Positions 53,290 to 64,000 of a stretch of 64,000 nucleotides of DNA are shown one piece after another. Source of the stretch: Octopus sinensis. Its lineage: Eukaryota. Position numbers and translations under genes: made by a program. The notes under the pieces are model-generated. The model was not told where the DNA came from. It did not search any database and saw only the letters and a program-made list of their open reading frames with translations. Each line of letters opens with the position of its first letter. The first letter of the stretch is position 1. The stretch lies in assembly GCF_006345805.1 (NCBI RefSeq), contig NC_043002.1, positions 47,926,001-47,990,000 of the forward strand, given 5' to 3'.

Positions 53290-53925
53290 GGTTTATCATA
53301 GAAACATGAATATAATCTTGAATTTAAATTTGAAACAGTGCAATATGCCAAAGAACATGGGAATAATGTAGCAGAGAGAAACTTCAGACTGCAAACAGCT
53401 AAGAAGATGTTTTGCCAGAGGAGGAAGTAGGAGGAAGAATCTAAAGGGGGAAAAAAAGGATAAAACAGAAGCATAATATTCAAACAGTACCAGCAAAGTG
53501 ACCATGTTTAGAAAAAAACTTCAAAACATAGCTATTAGTCCAAAATGTTTGAGATAGGTGGTACCTATGAAGAAGATGAATTTGGAAGTAAGAAGTTTGA
53601 CAGTAAACACAGAAGTGAATGATTTCAAAGAAACTACTTGCTAGCTAATGTTTTGAGATCATGAAATGGCTAAAGTTAGTGAACAAGAACAAAGTTAGCT
53701 CAGAAAATATCTGCAGAATATGAAGAGAAAATATTAGAGCTCCACAAATTTATTATTAATGTTAGATCACAGTATTGTCTCAAACCCATTCAGATAGGCA
53801 TTTAGCATGTATACCTGCTGGACACTATCTGGTTGTGTGGTCTGGGCTTTGGCCAGTATGAAAGCATTTTTTCCTTAGAATTACATATACAAAATCAGGG
53901 TGTGTCTTCCATGATACAGCAGCTA
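53290..53925 (+). mobile_element. Degenerate pogo-family transposon (Brinker-type DBD plus HTH region)
   Basis: EYNLEFKFETVQYAKEHGNNVAERNF resembles the pogo N-terminal DNA-binding motif, and LAQKISAEYEEKILELHKFII resembles the pogo linker. Heavily mutated. Confidence 0.6.
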
Positions 53926-56051
53926 CTATGCTGTAAAATGTGGCATGTAATCTTTTAGTAAGCAAGCACTGAAAAGCATATCTTTGTTATATCATGGAAT
54001 GACCATTTGTAATAATCCTTAAAGATATTATGATCTAATATAGAAAATTAGCAATATCTAAATCAAAAATATCAAGTAAAGTTTTCTAACTGAGGCTGAC
54101 ATGGTGCACAGGGACCTGTGTCTCCCTTTCTGGTTAGAAACACAATAAATATTTATTTCAATAAAAAATCTATGGAAACAAAAATTTACTGATTACTACT
54201 TTACACAACTATTACAGATAGACATTTCAAAATACATTACTTTGCACATGGGAATATAATGTCTGCAATGTGTAAATGCTATTTTAAGCTTACAAAATAA
54301 ATTATACAGAAAGAATTAAAATACGTATTATCTGTAAAGCAACAAAAGAGCCTGGTATATAGAGAATTGATTTTATAAATATTAACAAGGGAGTAACAAA
54401 CACATTATTTATATGTCAATGCATGTTGCCTGTATTCCTCATAATATTTTTGTATTGTTCATTGAAATGTGATGATTAAATTAGATTTAAAAAGTAACCT
54501 TCATTACTAGCAGCATGTTCTATAATGGGGTCTTTTGTCTGATATCTAATTGTTATGGTAATATAAATCTTAAGGCTGAAAACAGTCAAAATAAAAAAAG
54601 AATATTATTATAAAAATGAAATTCTAAAAGCTTGTGAATATTTTCCTTAAACATTGTCAACTATTATATGGATTTTAAAGCTTTTTATTGATCAGTAAGT
54701 GCAAGTGAAGTTAACACTTAATTTTATATTTTATATGTCAAATGTTACAGGAAATGTAAGGAAAGAGAAAAGAATAAAAAAACATCCAACATATTTTAAG
54801 GTAAAATGGAATGACAAATTGGTATAGTTTAATTTGAAGGGTTTAAAAAGTAAAATTATAAATTTGCAAGAGCATAGAAGAGAATACATTTTTAATCTTT
54901 CCTCATATTTACTGCCAATTTGAAGTAACTGAAGCAGATACAAGCACATTTGTAAGGCATATCAACCATAAGAGTACCAGTAATGAAAAAAACAAATAAA
55001 CAAAAAAAAAACTAATCCTGTTTAGTCTAAATGAATAATAAAAGTGAATATTGGTGAAAATGAAGAAGTTAGATGATGGGACTTAAAAATCTATAATATT
55101 TATGAAGCTCAACACATTTTAAGTGAACTTATTTATAAATGGGATTCATCATTATCAAACTTCATATGCGGGTAACCTGATGATATTTCTCATTTTACAC
55201 AATTATTCAAAGGAATAAAGGGATACTTCATATCATTTAGTAAGTCTGATTATTTTGCTTCTCATAAAACTGAAATACCCATAGAAATCTGATAACAGGA
55301 TTGTAAAGCATCAAACAAGGTGCTATAAAATATACATTCTTGCTCCAACCAATAGGATTTCCTGAAAATTCTTTTTAATGAATCACATCTGGTTTTGAAG
55401 AAAACACCTGAAGATAAAGATATCTAAATATGACTCCAGTAGTGGTCCACAAACATATTTTTGATGAAATAACAAAGTTATCTTAAATTTCATCAAGTTT
55501 ATTTGTATACAGGTACATCAACAATCCGATTTCTTGTCAACTAATGGCCCAGATAAATTATGAGGGGAACTTAAAATTCCCATGGTTTCAGTATAGTTCA
55601 CTGCATTACAACAAGCAAAATTGTGTGTACTGTGTACTTATATGCATTAGTTACACTGCATTTGTTAGTGGCAATACCAAAATTTTAGACATTCCCTGCT
55701 TATTAAGTGTAAAGTTACCCTTAGCAATGGCTACCACAGTTAAGACAACTGAGAGTATCAGTGGTAGTGTCAAGCATAAGTACCAATCCATATCAAAGGA
55801 ATTTTCACAATTTTATTTATTTCTTTTTAATCTTCTAATCAGGAAGAAAAACAGTACCTGTAACTCTTTATACAGCTTCTGAGACTTGTGTAAGGGAGAG
55901 ATAAAAAAGAATCCACAAACCAGAAATCTAGTCCAATTGCTTATAAAAGTGGAGTCTACTAAAGACTCTAGGTGTCAGATGTTCATTTGGTAAAAGGACA
56001 TAATTTTTAGAGAGGTAGCAGCATATGGTTGATATTTTATTTTATTATTAA

Positions 56052-56250
56052 TCCTTTAGCTTTTAAACCAATTAACCCAGCCAAAATATTCTGCCCAGAT
56101 CCAGCTTCTCACAGCTACCTTACAATGTCAGTCTAAAGATAAACAATCATATCATCAAAATCTCTAGGCTATAAGATAATGCAGGATAAATTCAAAAGAA
56201 TGTGAAGAAATAAGAATTATATTTGACAGAGAAATCTGAATGTTAAAGGG
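56052..56250. mobile_element. MITE with TTAA target site and TCCTTTAGC / GTTAAAGGG ends
   Basis: ttaa|tcctttagc ... tgttaaaggg|ttaa. Confidence 0.55.
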
Positions 56251-56822
56251 TTAAATCTAGAGGAATGAAAGGCAAATTGCCTTCAGTGATAATTAATTTC
56301 AGAATGTAAATAGAACTAGAGCCTGCAAAGCATTTAGTTGGGAATTATGCCATTTCTGCTACCTTACCATTTTTGTAACCTCTACATACTGAAAATAAGT
56401 ATTACAAGCAAATGCTGGAAGAACATTCTTAGATCTTGTCACTATTAATTTCTATATTAAAAATAAATGTTTGTTAGGTTCAGTTGACTGTTATATAGTC
56501 AAGAATGAAAACCCTCAGAACTGAGAAGAGTAAGAGAAAATTATTTTCTATGTGCATCTGTATGTATTCCCACGCACAAGCCATCACATGTTTACAGGTA
56601 CTCCACTGATGTTCTAGTATCCTTCATTCCAAAGCCTTGACAGATTATCCATTTTGCCAGACCATCGATAGTCACATAATAATGATAATAATTCATCAAT
56701 ACACCTGTAACCACCATACTTCCCATGTGTCAAAAGTATCATGAACAGTTCTATTTTATCTTTGATTAGTAGGGATTGGTGCTTATGTTTAATATTACCA
56801 ACGGCACTATCAGTTTGCTTAC

Positions 56823-56849
56823 CTGTAGGAGCCATAGCTAGGGATAGGT
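56823..56849 (-). CDS. Candidate 27-nt microexon, probably of the same minus-strand gene
   Basis: ttatttgcttatttagtttag|ACCTATCCCTAGCTATGGCTCCTACAG|gtaagc: strong donor, length a multiple of 3, TGC just upstream of the acceptor. Open in phase 1 ((D)LSLAMAPT) and phase 2, closed in phase 0. No homology or transcript evidence. Confidence 0.45.
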
Positions 56850-57419
56850 CTAAACTAAATAAGCAAATAATCACTCAATAGTTTAGTATCACCACGAACA
56901 AGTGCAGTGTAAATAAATTCAGGCAAATACATGATACATCCAGTGTATTCAAACTAGACTGGCAGCCATGAGAATTTCAATTCCTCCTTGTAATTTATCC
57001 AGATTAAAGGAGGTGTCATATGATCACTTGCTAGAAAATTGGTGGTGTATCTATATATAAATTTATAACATCAAAGTTCCTAAACATGTCACAAGATATG
57101 CCCTTTAGAGATAGATATAGTTGTAACTACCTTAGCATAACTACTTAGATTTCAGTAATGAAAAATAAAAGAAAAACATTACAAACTAAGATGTTAAAAC
57201 AAACAGCCTTATATCTTAAGGAAGCACTTAAATTGATATTACATTTTGAACAAACATTATTCAAACATGATAAAAATAATTTAACTTATATCTTAAATTA
57301 TTTTTTCCATATTGAATTTTAAAATTCTTTAAATATCTAGAAAATGTTACTTCATATGTGCTAAAGGAAAGAATTATAGTTATGAAAGTTACTGAAAGTG
57401 TTAAACATAACTGATTAGA

Positions 57420-57925
57420 AAGGATATTGGGATAGATGGATCATTTGTGATGATCATACAAGCCATGTACAAAGGTGAAATCAGTAAGGTGGGAGTTAGC
57501 AATAAACTCAGTAAGGAATTTAGTATATATCAGGGCTCAATTCTCTTCTTACTTCTGTTTACAATTGTCTTCATAGCAATAATAGAGAAATTTAAGACTG
57601 TTTGTCTGTGAGAACTCCTACATGCTGATAACCTAGTTCTTAAAGCTGAATTTTTACAAAATTTCAAGCATAGCTTTCAGACATTGAAGCAAATCCTAGA
57701 AACAAAAGGCTCCAGAGTCAATTTAGCAGTTAAAATGTTTTAGTAAGTAGGGGAAAAGGCACGAATGTTACTCTTATCAGGAAAATGACTATGCTTAATA
57801 TGCAAAAAAAAAGGAGATTGAAATTACATACAGAGTACTCAATGCAAATTATGAATGCACAAGAGGTGTAGTGAAATTACAGGTAGGCTAACAGACATAG
57901 ATTTTGTATGCGACAAAGGTACAGG
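57420..57925 (+). mobile_element. Degenerate RTE-like LINE RT fragment
   Basis: IIQAMYKG..YQGSIL..LLF..ELLHADNLVL corresponds to HQGSVLSPLLF..ELLYADDLVL. It ends at the adjacent Helitron. Confidence 0.8.
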
Positions 57926-57940
57926 AGGAGTAAGAGTACA

Positions 57941-58526
57941 TCTATATATATAAAATTTACCTTGTGTGTCTGTGTGTGCCTGTGTGTGTAACTTCCCAGC
58001 ACATCTCCTCCTAGCCAATAAATCGTAGAACCACCAAAAATGGGTCACTTAAAGTTTAGGCGAATGAAAATTGAACTGCGCTATTTCTGTTCCGCAATTC
58101 ATCTCGCAAGTGCAAAAATCAATAATGTGTTTGTTTAGGCCTTATCCCATGCATTGAATAGTGAACTTTACTCAGTCAGCTGTTTGACGTGAACTGTGTT
58201 CACCACGCGTGCAAGCATGCGTAAATTGCATGAAAAATAAAAAATCAAGATATAAAAACGAATCGCCATAAATATTGTAGAAATTCGGCAAAGAAATGAA
58301 TTTTCGGGATTTAGCCTGGAGGGTTTTTTCGTATTAATCGTTTGGACTTTGTGAACACATACCAATTGTTTTCATAACATTTTTAATGCTTTGAATTAAA
58401 TGTGACCATTTTGCGTTGAGTCTGCAGTTTGAATCACTTTAACCAAATTTTAACAGGCCAGATTTTTGATCATCATGATACATTGCTAGCGACTCCCTGA
58501 AACTCTCCCCTGAAATCCCTGTTGAG

Positions 58527-58577
<51 letters not shown>

Positions 58578-58635
58578 ATACATACATATATATATACAAG
58601 CATTATGACCCGTCGTTGCCGGGTCATAGTGCTAG
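57941..58635 (+). mobile_element. Non-autonomous Helitron-type element
   Basis: Starts A|TCTATATATATAAAA and ends with hairpin atgacccg-tcgttgc-cgggtcat plus agtgCTAG|T, i.e. inserted between A and T with no TSD. Confidence 0.8.
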
Positions 58636-61600
58636 TGTAAAATAAATGTCTTCTAATTCACAAATGGTTCATAGATTTAAGTGCAGCTTTTGTTATATAA
58701 GCAAATGTTCTGAAAGGATTGTAGCTAGACCAAAATCATATGACTAGAGGCAATATATGATGCTAGAAAAGATCTACCTGTCCATGGAAGCATAGGAAAA
58801 TAAACATTAAAACATTAGTGGTGAGTCTCTTGTCCAGTATATACTGGTTATGTCTCCATTTACTGCTCCTACTTTCTTATTACTGTCTTCTCAGCTATTA
58901 ATCATCCCACTACTATCATTGTACCACATCTCTTGTGTAACGAGGAAAGATATTGTCTCTGTCCATAGTCAGTCCCCTACATTTATCTGTCTGCATCTCT
59001 TCAATCATGCTACCAACATTACAAGAGATAGCGTTAGCTTTGTCTATGTTTACTCCCCAAACATGCCATCATCTTTATTGCTAACCATCTTTCTCTCCCA
59101 TCACTTTAATACACCTTATTGATGTCCACTTCCTCTCACCAGCACCCATCTTTATTGCAATCCATTTCTCTATCTAATTTTTATTACTACCCATCACACT
59201 CTCTCACATTGCGTCCTTAGCTATCATTCATTGTTGACATGTTTTACACTCTTTCCTCCCTCATTTCCTCCCACTTCCATTACTCGCACTTCCAGTTTTC
59301 TGTGTCTTCCTATCATTCCTTCTGTCTCAATTGTGATTTTCACGTTTTGTTTTACTATTCAATTTCCTTACCAATGATTAAAGAGGTATCACTGTATCTC
59401 TTCCATCACTCCCTCTCCTGTCACTCTATTGTGCCAATGTCCTTGTTTCTATCATCATATTCTTTCTCTTCTGTTTACTCTTTCATGCCCTGTGGTGCTC
59501 TCTTTCACTATTCATTCTTCTTTTCACACTTACAGCGACGTTTCCTTAAGCAAAAGGACACAATAAAGAGTAGAAACAAGTCCTAAGTTTTCTTGGAAGC
59601 AAGGCAGCATATCTAGCATTGATACCACGATAAACTCCACTGGATGGAGAATATATGGGTAAGATGAAGTTTCTGATTTGTCCAAACTATTCCAGCATTG
59701 AAATCAAACATAAAAACTGTGTTGTCGTTGACGATGATAATGTCAATGTTGATGCTAAGGACAATGATAACAATGAAAGCAGACGCAGTAGTGGTGATGA
59801 TGATGATGATGATGAGGAGGAGGAAGGGCAGAGAAAGAGGACAATGATGATGATTAGCAATATGGTAGAAAATTGGATTATAGTGGGTAATTGGCAACTT
59901 AATAATCATTTTCGTGGGGTTTGTCAATATAAGTGAAATGTCTATCATCAAAAAGCTAAACATAATCATTAATTTGGCTTACTAGCAGCTTAGTTATCTA
60001 CTCTCTAACAGTTTAATATTATATACTAACACTGTTAAAAAAATAAAATTGCTACATTCATATATAGTGTAAATATTTTCAGACATCAAATTTTGATAGT
60101 TAAACTACGCAAAGAAAATTTATCTTCTAAAATTTTAAAATTAAATAAATACAAGTTTCATATATTCCAACATTTTACAAGAAAATGTGCAGAGATATTA
60201 TTTATGGAAAACCTCCAATTTCTCTCTGTGATGATTCTAGAAAACCTGTTGGCATTAAATTTCTTTACCTATCCAATATTTTTCTACTTTCTCAAGAGCC
60301 TGAAACCAAATATAATTCTATAAAGAAATACAAAATTCCTGTTCCAGTGAAGCCAAATGACAATTTTTCACCAACCAGAGAAAACATTCAAAGGAGATGG
60401 CAAGGAAAGTAGATGTTCTAAGTTAGTGCATTATTGAAGAATATTCTTTCTTCCTCAACAGCATTTATGTGTACAATGTGTTCTATTTACATTCATTAAT
60501 TACATCTTACCCACATTTCCTTAACAAATATGGACTGGTTAGTAGAATTCTTGTCATTAAAACCTTCACTATGTTTTGATTTCCAACTTCATTAACTTTT
60601 CCAAAAAATCATTACCAGCTCAAACATTTCAGAACCAAAAAATTAATTTCTATTAACTCATTCAATAAATTCAGATGTTGAACCAATGTGGTAAGGAAGA
60701 TATTTTGAACAATAAAGCGCTAGATATACAAAATTAAAAATCATAGATAGACACGGATAGAACACTTTTTATCACACATTTTGTCAGAGCTGACTTGGAA
60801 CTAAAATACAACAAATCTAGATGTCACTTAGACAATTCACTTTAACAAATATAGCCACAAATTAATTGCTAAACTATACTTTCTTTTCCTCCCTATCTCT
60901 TTCATTACACCCACCCCATCTCTGTCCTATGATTTATAAAATAAAGAAGTCAAAACAAAATGTTTGAAATGTATTAATTCTCTTTATGATATCCTTCACT
61001 AGCATTTCTTAAGAGATGAAAATACTTATAAACAAACATGTACAATACTCTAAGACAAGATATCTGAATGGCTTACAATTTTCATGTAATGGATGAGTGG
61101 TCTATAGTCTTGTCTATAGTCTTACAAAATTAAAGTGTTACCAACTCTGTTGCACTTTATATTAGCCAAACCAGTAATGCAATATACAATGCAAAACTCT
61201 TGATTAAAAAAGCTTTCCTATAGGATTAATATCCTTACTGAGCACACTGTTGATGGTGCTTTCTTCAAAGCTTCAACCAGTAAACTTTAATGCAGCTTGA
61301 AAGTGTATTACATTTTAAACTTCTTTTTTTTATGATACAAACAACCACCACCTTCCAAAGATTTTATATGTTGCTAAAATCACACCAAGAAGACAAAGTT
61401 AGCTAAAACTATACCAAGAAGACAAAAGTACCATCTTCCTTGACCTAAATACTACATCCATCAAAATAATGATTCCATATCTGTGACAGCAATCATCGCA
61501 TTCTTAGACTTCATCAAATACAAGTCATTTACGTGATATAAAAGCATCTTACTGTAAAAAACCATCAGATTGTAATCTCTCAAGCTGCTGTTTCTTCATT

Positions 61601-63078
61601 GTCTTCTTTACCATTACTATAATTCATGTTCCTTTCAGTCTTAGCTCTGTTCCACTCTTGCAGGAAGCTTAGTAAGGGAGCTTACTTAATAAGAGAATAA
61701 GATAATAATCTTGCCTAGCAATACAGTGGCTAAATCTCCATGTTCTTTTAAAAGTGGTTTGCTCAAGTGGAGCAAAAGAGTATCCCATAAACCTTAGCAA
61801 AACTGATATAAGTAATTGTTGATTCCTAAACAGCCATTCTATGAGATTCCCTGCTCATCTTAATCATTTTCATTAATCTCTGACCTTGAACACATTAAAT
61901 TCTGTAATAATTGCATTAATCCTACACTTCTCTCATATACACTTTCTATTTTAAAGTATCATCTTTATCCTTCAAAGAGGGAAAACTATCTTTTTAAAAA
62001 CAGATTTGATTGACTCCAAATTATCACATTCAAAATTAGTAGTATAAGTGAAATTCGGATAAATAAACTTTATTAACAAATAAATATCAAGGTTGATCTT
62101 ACTCTTGGAATAAAGATCTAATTTAATGGTAGATTATTATTTTTAAAAGCAAGAAAATAATCAAGTTTTCCATGAATATACAGAATAATCATCAATAACA
62201 TAGCTATGAGCTGATACTAATAGGGTATCAACTACAATTTAATTAATAGAAAAGTTTAGATTATTTAATACATTTAAATTTTTCTCTAATTATTATTGAA
62301 ATTGCAGGAAAAATAACTTTTTAGATTATAATTTTCAAAAATTATCCAGCAAATTTTCATTTTGCTTAAGTTAATTAACAAGAAAATTTAGTCTACATTG
62401 ATTTTCAACAGAACTAGAAGCAAATTGTAAAAATGCATAATTCCCTAAGTAAAGTTGTTTGTAAATCATACATAGCATATTAATGATTTGTTATTGAATA
62501 CCTCACTGTTTTTTAATGAAATTTCATTGCAGGTAAATAATCATCATCAGTGAAACACCAATATGTATAATTTATGTAATGATTTCAACAAATATTCTAT
62601 ATATTGAAAAATAAGTAGGAAAAAAAAGAAGCATATTACAATGTATTTATTCTCTAATTAGTCTGGTACTTGTGTATGGTTTAATATGAGTAGACAACTG
62701 TAAACAACAGACAGGCTAAATGAGTTGTATCAAAATTTGAACTTTAGGTTGCACCAATAAACTTCTCATTAATTATCCAAACTGATTGAATAAGAAACCA
62801 AGTCTCCTGTTGGATTATCACTATATTGTTACACTACTATAACGATAGGACCTAAAATTTCAGCTAGGAAGATTCAGATAATATTTCAGTAGTGTAATGA
62901 AGGAAGTAATGAAATATTAGAGTATTAAATAATAATCTATGCAACATATAGTTAATAATTTGATCATTGCAACCAATTATTCACAACAACATTTGATTAT
63001 GTATTATCTGAGTGTGAGAATATTTGGCTTGTTATATGTATATGTGAGTGTGTGTATATGTATGTATTCACACACACA

Positions 63079-63122
<44 letters not shown>

Positions 63123-63631
63123 TGTCTTCTTTCAGCTTAGTGAAACTGAAAATTAAAGTTATTTGTTTTAGAATGAGATAAATATCATTCTGTTACATTG
63201 GACTAAATCACAATATGTATTTAATTACATATATTACCAACTAGATATGGCAAAGTAATAATTCCTTTCCAACTATATTGTGTAACTATGACTAACAATT
63301 AGAAATTAAGTTACTGTAGAAATTAAAATGAAATGTAGCAGCAAAGTTATAGCAGAAGATAAAGTGATAAAAGACAATGGCATTAATAATGATTAATATG
63401 CTCACCACTAATAGAAGAAAACAATGCATAGATTAATGTATTAAGAGTAATGTATCTCTTACAGGATATTATATTTCAAATTAATTTAATTTGGTAAACT
63501 GGAAACTAAACTGCATTTAAGATATCTGAAGGTTAACACAAAATCAGTAAACTGAATTACAAACAGATATCTATATAGTTTTAAAATATTGATTTTAAAT
63601 TTTAGTACAAGTCCAGCAATTTCTGGAGAAA

Positions 63632-63790
63632 GGGTTAGTCAATTATATTGATCCCAGTGTCCAACTGGTACTTATTCTATCAACCCCAAAAGGATGAAAG
63701 GGAAAGTCAGCCTCGCCAGAATTTGAACTCAGAGCATAAAAACAGATGAAATGCCACAAAGCATTTTGTCCAGTGTGCCCAGTCTGCCAG
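63632..63790 (-). mobile_element. SINE family E
   Basis: cccagtgtccaactggtacttattctatcaaccccaaaaggatgaaaggg..atttgaactcagagc..ctgccagctc. Confidence 0.8.
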
Positions 63791-64000
63791 CTCACAACTT
63801 TATGTATATTTAAAATATTGGTAATCTGTATGTTGCATTATGTAAGTGAATGATTGTTGGCAAGTGTTGTATCTAATGCCCAATTCTTAACTGGTAAGAG
63901 ACTAAAGAGGTGAAATGTAATGACATATATCTTATCCCTTACTCAAACACAAAGGTTAGAACAAGATCTGAAATGGAAATACTTGATATTTGCAATGTAT

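Larger units (their letters stand above)
55697..56865. repeat. Diverged inverted duplication: 55697-55792 (+) versus 56865-56770 (-), with weaker similarity extending to about 55510 and 57050
   Basis: Ungapped 96-nt core with 72 identities; further matching blocks cactgca(c/t)ttgtt(c/a)gtgg and gataaatta..gg..aaatt(c)(t/c)catgg. Confidence 0.9.

Noticed and set aside
55262-55408. Minus-strand acceptor tatcttcag followed by a frame of about 48 open codons
   Set aside because: The peptide resembles no domain I know and the candidate donors are weak.
55544-56874. Similar peptides LPLAMATTVKTTESISGSVKHKYQS (+) and LSLAMAPTGKQTDSAVGNIKHKHQS (-) as paralogous small proteins
   Set aside because: Most differing codons are non-synonymous (about 4 of 18 synonymous), so the similarity reflects the DNA inverted duplication, not coding constraint.
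58800-59070. Possible LINE endonuclease remnant on minus (CNVGSM..QEMW)
   Set aside because: The motif match is too weak to support by eye.
61250-61870. Possible very old LINE RT remnant on minus (YISFAKVY)
   Set aside because: A single weak motif with no colinear support.

Overview
AT-rich, microsatellite-dense eukaryotic DNA. The SINE and LINE families are ones I recognise from Octopus (coleoid cephalopod) genomes; the species assignment is an inference. Almost the whole window looks like giant introns of one minus-strand gene. Its only unambiguous exon (25241-25456, phase 1-1) encodes one complete follistatin (FOLN+Kazal) module, most like agrin. A 27-nt candidate microexon at 56823-56849 (-) probably belongs to the same gene. 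The rest is transposon debris: a near-full-length Tc1 with TIRs, three mariner relics, a pogo relic, CR1 and RTE LINE fragments, two Helitron-type elements, piggyBac-like MITEs and dozens of tRNA-derived SINEs. The most interesting unexplained structure is inverted sequence that would fold in the pre-mRNA: (i) a diverged inverted copy of the microexon and both its splice sites about 1 kb downstream, (ii) a 209-bp, 205/209-identical inverted repeat, (iii) a 117-nt palindrome with a hammerhead-ribozyme-like core about 125 nt upstream of the follistatin exon, and (iv) an 89-bp inverted repeat. All alignments were done by eye; no databases were searched, and repeat boundaries are approximate unless TIRs or TSDs are quoted.
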